The notes below the pieces were generated by a model. It worked only from the letters and a program-made list of their open reading frames with translations. It ran no database searches and had not been told where the DNA came from. Made by a program: the position numbers and the translations under genes. From NCBI GenBank assembly GCA_036309065.1, contig JAXJUN010000028.1, forward strand, positions 17,410 through 81,409: a DNA stretch of 64,000 nt, read 5' to 3'. This document shows, piece after piece, positions 43,518-52,136 of the stretch. Each line of letters starts with the position of its first letter. The first letter of the stretch is position 1. Origin of the DNA: Paludibacteraceae bacterium (GTDB taxonomy: Bacteria; Bacteroidota; Bacteroidia; Bacteroidales; Paludibacteraceae).

Positions 43518-46500
43518 ATGAATAGGATATATAAATACATACTCTTATTATGCGCATGCGTGATGACAACGGTTATTGCGCAAGCGCAAGCACAAGGCAT
43601 CCCATACGCATGTGGGTTTGAAGAAGATGAAGACTTATCAAATTGGGTAATGATTCATCGATATTCTGCACATGCACAAGATCAGTGGATAGTTGGTTCT
43701 GCTGTGCGATGCGAGGGTAAGAGGAGTATGTATATATCAGCAGATGGCACTAATGCTATATATGGCAGCCAGCCAAATATAACAGTATCGTATCTTACAT
43801 TCAAATTCCCAGATTCCAATAAGCAACAAAACTACGACATCAGTTTCGATTGGAAATGTTCGGGCGATTCGCTCAATTCAAAGCTATATGTAATGGTGTG
43901 TCCGGAGCAGTTGCTCCATAATGAGGCAGCCAATAATTATTACGACTTGAATAAGATAACATCTTCTGTGTCAGGTATTTTAAATCGTAATGTGGCTGCA
44001 GCATGCGAACCACTTGGTGCTTCACGCGCTCCCTTCTTATATAGCAGCAAGGAGTGGCAGAATATATCGCTCTCTAATGAGTTGCGTGTCAGTCCAGCCA
44101 GATCAAGACAGCCATTCGCTATTGTCTTTATATGGGTAAATAATAATACAAATCCAGATTTACAGCAAACAGGTATATGTATCGATAATGTGCAGATAGG
44201 TGATGCTACTATCAAGAAACCACAAAATCTTACGGTAGAACCTATCTGTGGAGACTCTGCTATGCTCGTATCATGGGAGAGTGGAGCGTCTGAGTTTGAA
44301 GTACAATACCGCACCGTAGGTTCTTCTACATGGCGTCGTGCAGACGGATTAACAGATGGTGTGGATGGCTTTACGCGTACCAATGGTACCCAATGTTCTT
44401 ATATCTTACAGCGTATCAAGGAGGGTAGCTACGATGTGCGTGTGCAGGCCAAGGCCGCAGGTATCGTTAGTAACTGGACATATAAGAACCTTATACTCGT
44501 TTATTGCCCAGAGAATCACTGTATTAACTATCTCGAATTCAACAGCCCAGATGTGGTTTGTACCTATGGTATGACTTATAATGGTGGTAAAGGTACACCC
44601 TTTGATAATGTAGGATGGATTGATTTCGGACCAGATTCAAAAGAGAGTAGGCATACAATTCATGTGGACCCTACAGAACTGGACCCAAGAACAGACTCTT
44701 CTTTGCATACCGTCCCTCAGGGCGCACTCGCATCTGTTCGTCTCGGTAACTGGGATACAGGATATGAGGCTGAAGGTATTACCTATAGCTTTGTGGTAGA
44801 TGGTCAAAATCAGGGAATCCTAATCATCAAATATGCTGTAGTGCTCAATAAACCAAACACCAGTTGTGGTGACCCGGGATTTAAGATGGTAGTGCTCGAT
44901 GAAAATGGAGAGGTGATAGACGAATCATGTGGTAAGGCTGACTTTACCTATTCATCTGCAGCAGCTGCTGGATGGAATGAGACGAAGGATGCATCTGTGG
45001 TGTGGAAAGATTGGACTACCGTAGGTGTTAATCTTCAACCATACAATGGACAAAAAGTGAGTGTGCAGTTGACTACTGAGGACTGCGGTGGTGGTGGACA
45101 CTTTGGTTACGCATACTTCACCCTCGATTGTGCCAATGCTAAACTGGAGACAGAGAACTGCGGTAATGATGCTAAGATTGAGTGTCATGCACCAGAAGGA
45201 TTTGGTTATAAATGGTTTAACGAAGCAGGAGATGTCGTATCAACAACGCGTGAGCTATATGTGGACCCAAGTATGCAAACCTATACTTGCCGAGTGAGCT
45301 TCATAGAGGATACCACTTGTTATTTCGAGGTGAGCACAGTAGCAGCACCGCGTTTCCCCGTGCCTCAATACACATGGGAACCAATCTACGAGGAATGTCT
45401 TAGTAAACTGAAATTTAAGAATACCTCGCATGTCATGACCAAATATACTGGGTCGGAGAATCATACCCAAGAACCCACCAATGACTGCCATTGGTATTTC
45501 ACACGCTTATCGGATGGAGTAACGACCGAATCATACAACTGGGCACCTGTTTATACTTGTCCAATGGGTGGAGATACCATCATCGTCAATTATACTACAT
45601 ACATAGGTGTGGATAATGCTTGTGATAGTAGCCGTGTGGATACAATAGTAGTGCCGAATATTATATCACAGCATACAGAGTTCCATGTGGTTTCTTGCCC
45701 AGAAGAACCCGTGCAATTCGGAAATGAATGGTTTAATACAGATACAACGGTGGTTCATCTATTCCCTAACTTCGCAGGATGTGACTCTACCTCAACACTC
45801 TATCTCAAGGTGCATCCCACCATCGCGGATACCTATCGTCATGATTCGATATGCTCAGATAGTAGTATCCTAATCAATGGTGTGCGCTATAGAGAACCAA
45901 TGGATAATCAGCTCATTATGCTCCAGTCTGTCAATGGTTGTGATAGTGCCCTCTATATGACACTCACAGTGAATAAACTCATCAAGACAGAGATGTTGGA
46001 TGACCAATACACATGTGCAGATGATGAGGAACTCTTTATATACTTTAATATAATAGAAGGTATATACGATAGCATCGCTATTGATTTCTCTACTCCACTA
46101 TTGCGTGATACGGTTATCTATGAGCCAAACCTCAGTACGATTGCTATCCCAATGCCAGCGGATGTACTGCCAGGTTACTACACGGCTACACTATCCTTCT
46201 ATCAGTTCTGCTGTGGCGTACATACAGAGCAATATGCGATCACTATCCGCTACCGCAGTTCTATCGTAGAGCAGAAATGGAATGATGTGCTCACATTGCT
46301 ATCACCTAACTATAACGGAGGATTTACATTCACAGCCTTCCAATGGTATAAAGATGGTGTGGCTATTCCAGGTGAGACGCACTCATATCTCTATCAACCA
46401 TTGGATATGAATGCCACCTATTATGTAGAGTTGACCCGACCAGATGGTGTGATAATCACCACTTGTCCTATCCAACCAACCCTTCATATAGATAAGACAG

Positions 46501-46718
46501 ACTTCCCAACCATCGTGCCTGCAGGACAGCAGATACCTATCCGTACACCACAACCTATCACTGCTTGGCTCTATACCATCACAGGACAGTTATATAGTAC
46601 GCACATGCTCCCACAAGGACAAGTGGCAATGCCTGCTCCTACTCAGCCAGGCGTCTATGTGCTAAAGGTGGTAGATAATAATGGAGAAATAATCGCAAAA
46701 CAGATAATCGTAGAATAA
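43518..46718 (+). CDS. large secreted protein with T9SS type-A-like C-terminal domain (paralog 1)
   Basis: Signal peptide. N-terminal jelly-roll plus Fn3-like module as in the giant protein. Conserved central domain, Cys-motif repeats, and C-terminal ~75 aa (...AWLYTITGQLYSTHMLPQGQVAMPAPTQPGVYVLKVVDNNGEIIAKQIIVE) typical of T9SS CTDs. Confidence 0.75.
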   Translation: MNRIYKYILLLCACVMTTVIAQAQAQGIPYACGFEEDEDLSNWVMIHRYSAHAQDQWIVGSAVRCEGKRSMYISADGTNAIYGSQPNITVSYLTFKFPDSNKQQNYDISFDWKCSGDSLNSKLYVMVCPEQLLHNEAANNYYDLNKITSSVSGILNRNVAAACEPLGASRAPFLYSSKEWQNISLSNELRVSPARSRQPFAIVFIWVNNNTNPDLQQTGICIDNVQIGDATIKKPQNLTVEPICGDSAMLVSWESGASEFEVQYRTVGSSTWRRADGLTDGVDGFTRTNGTQCSYILQRIKEGSYDVRVQAKAAGIVSNWTYKNLILVYCPENHCINYLEFNSPDVVCTYGMTYNGGKGTPFDNVGWIDFGPDSKESRHTIHVDPTELDPRTDSSLHTVPQGALASVRLGNWDTGYEAEGITYSFVVDGQNQGILIIKYAVVLNKPNTSCGDPGFKMVVLDENGEVIDESCGKADFTYSSAAAAGWNETKDASVVWKDWTTVGVNLQPYNGQKVSVQLTTEDCGGGGHFGYAYFTLDCANAKLETENCGNDAKIECHAPEGFGYKWFNEAGDVVSTTRELYVDPSMQTYTCRVSFIEDTTCYFEVSTVAAPRFPVPQYTWEPIYEECLSKLKFKNTSHVMTKYTGSENHTQEPTNDCHWYFTRLSDGVTTESYNWAPVYTCPMGGDTIIVNYTTYIGVDNACDSSRVDTIVVPNIISQHTEFHVVSCPEEPVQFGNEWFNTDTTVVHLFPNFAGCDSTSTLYLKVHPTIADTYRHDSICSDSSILINGVRYREPMDNQLIMLQSVNGCDSALYMTLTVNKLIKTEMLDDQYTCADDEELFIYFNIIEGIYDSIAIDFSTPLLRDTVIYEPNLSTIAIPMPADVLPGYYTATLSFYQFCCGVHTEQYAITIRYRSSIVEQKWNDVLTLLSPNYNGGFTFTAFQWYKDGVAIPGETHSYLYQPLDMNATYYVELTRPDGVIITTCPIQPTLHIDKTDFPTIVPAGQQIPIRTPQPITAWLYTITGQLYSTHMLPQGQVAMPAPTQPGVYVLKVVDNNGEIIAKQIIVE

Positions 46719-46732
46719 TAATATCCAATCAT

Positions 46733-49700
46733 ATGAAACGAATACTTACAATCAGTCTATGGGCACTTATCATGATGGCTATGCCAGTTCATGCAGCCCA
46801 AAGTTATGTATGTGATTTTGAGAATGAGGCAGACCGTAATAGGTGGGTCATCAATAGAACGGCTAATCAGAACATTTATAATTCGTTGACTAATAAATGG
46901 TACATTGGTCAGCAAGGAAATAATGGTAAAGATGGCGCATATGGACTGTATATCTCAGATGATGGAGGTAAAACAGCTCATTATACAAGTAATGGATGTT
47001 GGACGATTGCTTATGATATTATCACCCTTGACCACCTATCTACCGCTGCAGACTATACCATCTCCTTTGACTATATGGGTATGGGTAATGTGGCAAGCAA
47101 TTTTGATGGATTATATTTGCTCTGGGTGCCAATGTTAGACCCTGATAAAGGGGATTCTATCAAAGTGATGTCTATTGCTACCTCTGCAAATAAAGTGCCA
47201 CCTGCATATGAGAATTATATAATTCAGCTCCAGCCAAATGCAATGATTGACTATGTCAATGCTACTTCTACTTGGAAGCAATGTATCGCCACTATCCCCA
47301 ATAGTCTTTGCGATGGCACCCCCCACTACCTCGCTTTTGTGTGGGCAAATGGTGCTTCTTTACCACAGCAACCAGGAGCTAAGATAGATAATATCGCTAT
47401 TATGGACACGCGCGCGTGCGATGTGCCTACCGGTTTGGATATAGCAATACAAGGAACCACCACTACACTCTCATGGCAAGGAACAGTGTCGGAATATGAG
47501 GTAAGTGCATATTCGTATGAAGCAGACCAGTGGTTCGGTCCTAAAACAATTGTAGGAACAACAACAAGTTTTGCAAACCTGCCTATAGGTCAAACCGATT
47601 TTATCGTGCGTTCGAAATGTGCCGATGACTTATATAGTCTTAAGACAACCATATCTAAATTGGTTTATTATCCAGATCAGATGTGTGTGGATTACCTCAA
47701 TTTGGATAATGCTACTTGCTATATTAATAACTCAAGTCCTAAAAGCACACTCACTTTCTCAGACTTCAAGAAAGTAACTCCGGTGGATGACGGACCTGCG
47801 AAGATAGGTAGTCGCCATACAATCCATTTTGATAAGAACGAGATAGAACCACGCACGGGTGGATTAGCAAAGACTATTCCTGATGGAGAGTTGGCATCTA
47901 TCCGATTAGGTAACTGGGATAGTCACAATGAAGCAGAGCGTATTGAGTTCTCATTCGAGGTGGATACAATGGATTACCCTGTGCTCTTGCTCAAGTATAT
48001 GCCACTTCTAGAGGCGCCAGGTCACCTTGACCACGAAAATCCTCGCTTCAAACTGGATATCCTTATCAATGGTAAATCTATTGGAGAGTGCGGGAAAGCG
48101 GACTTTAACTGTAATGATGTCTTAGACTCTGTATCAAAAGAACTTATTCCGGAAGCAGCAGAACAAGGATGGCATATCACGCCAGCTGCGCAGGCGCAAA
48201 CTCAAGAGCCTGTCGTTTGGAAAGAGTGGACCACAGTGGGTGTCAATCTCAAAAACTCTTTCTATCATGGCAAGAAACTGACCGTTCGTCTCACTACCCA
48301 CGATTGTACTTTCTCAGTACACTGTGGATATGCATACTTCACACTCGGATGCTCTGATGGCAAACTCAAAGGTATGAAGTGTGGTGCTATCAACCCTGTC
48401 TTTGAAGCACCAGATGGATTTAACTATCGCTGGATGTATGCTTCTTCGGAGAAATACCGCGCAGCAGATGGTTCTGTGCCAGAGCAGTATGTCCTGGGCC
48501 GCGATCAAATATACGAGGCAGGTATGCAAGACGATAGTATCTATGTGGTGGATTGTATCTTCGTGCAGGATAGCACATGCTATTTCTCGCTCTATGCCTC
48601 TACACTCGCTACCAATCCTGTTGCTGTCATGAGCGAACCACAGATACAGAAAAACTGTCAAGAGGATAAATATACCATCACATTTGATGCTTCTAAATCA
48701 TGGGTACAAGAGATTGACCATGTCATCAACGATACCTTGGTGAGCCAGATTTATAAGATTGATCGCTATGAATGGAATATAGAAGGATTGCCAGGCGGAT
48801 GGTCTGACCAACCAATAGCTACTTTTGACTTCCCACGCGAAGGCGGAGATTACTTGGTGAGCCTACGCACCACATGCGGCACTTGTGACTCAATCATCTA
48901 TTATAATCTCCATCTTGATTCTGTGGGGCCAACCAGAGATACCACCACTGTAGTGCTCTGTGATCCTATCAAGAAAACTGGATATACATGGAGCGAGCGC
49001 CCTGATACCGTTTATTACGAGTACGGATTGGATTCTATCATTCTCTATAGTCCTACCACTTCATGCGATAGTATCAAGTACCTGAATTTGGTAGAACCAG
49101 TTCGCATCTATGTGGATACCATGGTATTGCCAGAGCAATTGCCATTCTCTTATAGAGGACGCCAATATACACAAACAATGGTGGACACCATTCCTATCTC
49201 GGAGAATAATTGCGATACGACATGGATATTTAATTTTGAGGTATATGAGTCACTCATCGTATCCATGCCAAATATGTCGTATGTCCTTTGTGAGGGCGAT
49301 AGCGTCATGTCTCTCGTGTACGATATCACGCGTGGTCGCAGTTTACGCTATTCCTATGCTTTCAAGGATGGCAATCTGCCTTCGGTAGAAAAGGAACAAG
49401 AACTGCAAACCAAAGGGCACTACGAGATTCCTATCACCCTCGGCACGCTATATCCAAATGTGTATGAAGGGCAATTGCTATTAGAAGACTCATTCCCTAA
49501 ATGGAATATCACTATCCCATTCACGCTCACTGTGCAATATGCATCGGATGTGATTGCACAACGCTGGAATGATGTGCTCGCAATACGCAATGCAGAATAC
49601 AATGGTGGATATGAGTTCGACTCTGTACAATGGTATCTCAATGGTGCACCTATTGTAGGAGCAATGTCTTTCAATTACTATACTGGTGGTGATAATCTTC

Positions 49701-50026
49701 AGTTTGGTGCCGAATATAGTGCCTTGCTCACTCGCGAAGATGGCGTGAAATTATTCACATGTCCGTTTGTGCCACAGCAAGTGGCAATCGATGCGATGCC
49801 ACAATTGACCACGCAGATTGTCAATCCATCGGCTCAGATGCCAGTCAAAGGCACAGGTACCGCCTATTGGTATGATATGCTTGGACGCGTGTTTAAGGTG
49901 GAGAGTTATAATAACACATCTATCACAGCACCAAGCCAAAGAGGATATTATCTTCTCATACTCCAATCATCTGATGCACTGGGCACCACAGAATGGAATA
50001 CTCGCAGTCGTGTGATGGTGCAATAA
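46733..50026 (+). CDS. large secreted protein with T9SS type-A-like C-terminal domain (paralog 2)
   Basis: Colinear with 43518..46718, with the same module order. C-terminus ...AYWYDMLGRVFKVESYNNTSITAPSQRGYYLLILQS...RVMVQ. Confidence 0.75.
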   Translation: MKRILTISLWALIMMAMPVHAAQSYVCDFENEADRNRWVINRTANQNIYNSLTNKWYIGQQGNNGKDGAYGLYISDDGGKTAHYTSNGCWTIAYDIITLDHLSTAADYTISFDYMGMGNVASNFDGLYLLWVPMLDPDKGDSIKVMSIATSANKVPPAYENYIIQLQPNAMIDYVNATSTWKQCIATIPNSLCDGTPHYLAFVWANGASLPQQPGAKIDNIAIMDTRACDVPTGLDIAIQGTTTTLSWQGTVSEYEVSAYSYEADQWFGPKTIVGTTTSFANLPIGQTDFIVRSKCADDLYSLKTTISKLVYYPDQMCVDYLNLDNATCYINNSSPKSTLTFSDFKKVTPVDDGPAKIGSRHTIHFDKNEIEPRTGGLAKTIPDGELASIRLGNWDSHNEAERIEFSFEVDTMDYPVLLLKYMPLLEAPGHLDHENPRFKLDILINGKSIGECGKADFNCNDVLDSVSKELIPEAAEQGWHITPAAQAQTQEPVVWKEWTTVGVNLKNSFYHGKKLTVRLTTHDCTFSVHCGYAYFTLGCSDGKLKGMKCGAINPVFEAPDGFNYRWMYASSEKYRAADGSVPEQYVLGRDQIYEAGMQDDSIYVVDCIFVQDSTCYFSLYASTLATNPVAVMSEPQIQKNCQEDKYTITFDASKSWVQEIDHVINDTLVSQIYKIDRYEWNIEGLPGGWSDQPIATFDFPREGGDYLVSLRTTCGTCDSIIYYNLHLDSVGPTRDTTTVVLCDPIKKTGYTWSERPDTVYYEYGLDSIILYSPTTSCDSIKYLNLVEPVRIYVDTMVLPEQLPFSYRGRQYTQTMVDTIPISENNCDTTWIFNFEVYESLIVSMPNMSYVLCEGDSVMSLVYDITRGRSLRYSYAFKDGNLPSVEKEQELQTKGHYEIPITLGTLYPNVYEGQLLLEDSFPKWNITIPFTLTVQYASDVIAQRWNDVLAIRNAEYNGGYEFDSVQWYLNGAPIVGAMSFNYYTGGDNLQFGAEYSALLTREDGVKLFTCPFVPQQVAIDAMPQLTTQIVNPSAQMPVKGTGTAYWYDMLGRVFKVESYNNTSITAPSQRGYYLLILQSSDALGTTEWNTRSRVMVQ

Positions 50027-50063
50027 TATATCCATAAAAAGCTGAATATAATATAACAACAAT

Positions 50064-51737
50064 ATGTTCTTACACATTTTATCTTTTGTAGGTGCCTTGG
50101 GAATCTTCTTGTATGGAATGAAGATTATGTCCGAGGGACTTGAGAAAACAGCGGGTGATCGTCTTCGTGGTGTGCTATCCAGTATGACTTCTAATCGCTT
50201 TGCTGGCGTTGTGACGGGTATGGGTGTGACAGCAGTCATACAATCCTCTTCAGCCACAACGGTGATGGTGGTGTCTTTTGTGAATGCCGGTTTGATGACA
50301 CTCCGCCAAGCTATCGGTGTGATAATGGGTGCCAATATCGGTACTACAGTCACCGCATGGATAGTAGCATTTATTGGTTTTAAGATGGATATAGCAGCAC
50401 TGTCACTTCCTTTGATGGCAGTGGCTGCTCCACTATTATTCATAGGCAAAGGCAAGTGGAAAAACTTAGGTGAGTGTATCATCGGTTTTGCACTGCTCTT
50501 TATGGGACTCAACCTATTATCAGAAGCCGCAGAGGCAATGGAGATAGGCAAGCATATGGGTGAGTGGTTGACCTACATCGATGTCAATGCATGGTGGGCG
50601 ATACCTTTGTTCCTTTTTGCGGGTATGATATTAACGATGGCTATGCAGTCTTCATCGGCTTCTATGGCTATCACCCTCATGCTTTTCGATATGAATATCC
50701 CTGGATTTGGATTAGCACAAGCAGCTGCTTTGGCAATGGGACAAAATATCGGAACAACCATCACTGCTTTACTCGCTTCTTTTGCAGGTAATACATTGGC
50801 CAAACGCGCAGCACTCGCGCATACACTCTTCAATGTCTTTGGCGTGATAATCATATTATGCATTTTCCCATTGTCTATCCGAGCAACGGAAATGTTGGAT
50901 AAAGTGATCTTTGGCGATTCATCCAATAATATGTATCTCTTATCTATCTTCCATACATGCTTCAATCTCTTTAATACAATGGTAATGATTGGATTTGTGG
51001 GACAGATAGAGAAACTAATCTGCCGCTTAATCCCAGAGAAAGGAGAGAAAGAAGAGAAGCGATTGGTATATATATCCGAAGGAATGCTTTCTACTGCTGA
51101 GCTCAGTCTCTATCAAGCCAAGAAAGAGGTGGATGTGTTTGCTACCCGTTGTGAACGAATGCTTAGCATGGTGCAAGAATTATTCCACACCACGAATAAT
51201 GCGCAGTTTGACGAGGTATTTGCACGTATATCTAAATACGAAGGTATCACAGATAATATGGAGGTGGAAATCGCTAAATACCTCCAGCGTGTGGCTGAGG
51301 GACGATTGTCTAATGAGTCAAAATCAAAGATAACCGCTATGCTCCGTCAAGTGGATGAATTAGAGTCTATCGGAGATGATTGCTACCATTTAGGGCGTAC
51401 CTTTGCTCGCAAGAAAGAAAATTACAAAGGCGACTTCACAGAAGAGCAGAGAGAGCATATAGAGCAAATGTTATCCTATGTACAGCAATGCGTGGCTAAT
51501 ATGAAAAAGGCACTTGAGGATAATAACCAATTAGTCTTTGAGCAAATGGCTCCATACTATGAATTAGAGCAAACTATCAATGACTATCGCTCTGAGGTAA
51601 GGGAGAATAATCTAAAGGATATCGAGACAGGTAAATATAGCTATCAATTAGGTGTTTTCTATATGGACTTTATCAACCACTGCGAGAAACTGGCAGATCA
51701 TGTCATCAATGTAGTGGAGACACTTAGCGAGAAATGA
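50064..51737 (+). CDS. Na/Pi cotransporter family protein with PhoU-like C-terminal domain
   Basis: N-terminal LGIFLYGMKIMSEGLEKTAGDRLR and duplicated NaPi_II repeats (QSSSATTVM / QSSSASMAI). Helical cytoplasmic C-terminal ~220 aa. Confidence 0.85.
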   Translation: MFLHILSFVGALGIFLYGMKIMSEGLEKTAGDRLRGVLSSMTSNRFAGVVTGMGVTAVIQSSSATTVMVVSFVNAGLMTLRQAIGVIMGANIGTTVTAWIVAFIGFKMDIAALSLPLMAVAAPLLFIGKGKWKNLGECIIGFALLFMGLNLLSEAAEAMEIGKHMGEWLTYIDVNAWWAIPLFLFAGMILTMAMQSSSASMAITLMLFDMNIPGFGLAQAAALAMGQNIGTTITALLASFAGNTLAKRAALAHTLFNVFGVIIILCIFPLSIRATEMLDKVIFGDSSNNMYLLSIFHTCFNLFNTMVMIGFVGQIEKLICRLIPEKGEKEEKRLVYISEGMLSTAELSLYQAKKEVDVFATRCERMLSMVQELFHTTNNAQFDEVFARISKYEGITDNMEVEIAKYLQRVAEGRLSNESKSKITAMLRQVDELESIGDDCYHLGRTFARKKENYKGDFTEEQREHIEQMLSYVQQCVANMKKALEDNNQLVFEQMAPYYELEQTINDYRSEVRENNLKDIETGKYSYQLGVFYMDFINHCEKLADHVINVVETLSEK

Positions 51738-51744
51738 TAATAAA

Positions 51745-51770
51745 AAACGGAGCCACTTGGGCTCCGTTTC
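51745..51770. terminator. bidirectional intrinsic terminator between convergent genes
   Basis: AAA CGGAGCC ACTTG GGCTCCG TTT. A 7-bp GC-rich stem flanked by an A-run and a T-run. Confidence 0.7.
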
Positions 51771-51784
51771 TTATGTCATTCATT

Positions 51785-52090
51785 TTAAGTGCGCTTCGCT
51801 TCAGTCTCTTTCTTTACTGTAGCGGGTTTGCCTAATTTCTCAAAGGCTTTGAGAAGTGTGGGTAAATCTGTTTTTCGTTTGTCAAAAGTGAGCGTTACCG
51901 TTTTGTTCTTAAGATCAAACTGCAAATCCTTGACACCCTTCTCATACGCGATATTCTTCATTATCTTATCGCAGCAACCTTGACAATGGAGATTGCATGA
52001 GAGAACAACAGTCTCTTTGTAATCGTTTTTAGCTTGAATAGTGCCCACACTCAGTATGAGGCAAGTCAATAAAAGAAAAATGTGTTTCAT
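51785..52090 (-). CDS. secreted heavy-metal-associated (HMA) domain protein
   Basis: Signal peptide MKHIFLLLTCLILSVGTIQA. HMA-like fold with metal-binding Cys cluster (NLHCQGCCDKI). Confidence 0.75.
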   Translation of the reverse strand: MKHIFLLLTCLILSVGTIQAKNDYKETVVLSCNLHCQGCCDKIMKNIAYEKGVKDLQFDLKNKTVTLTFDKRKTDLPTLLKAFEKLGKPATVKKETEAKRT

Positions 52091-52136
52091 ATCGAATGTT
52101 ATTTAATGAATATTCTATTCTGTCTGGTTACTATTA

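Noticed and set aside
49967-50551. 194-aa minus-strand ORF, and other long antisense ORFs (29440..30027, 23950..24441, 18365..18811, 15599..15991, 43940..44383)
   Set aside because: Each lies entirely antisense to a gene with clear family motifs. They have odd composition, no promoter or start context and no recognisable motifs, so they are shadow ORFs.
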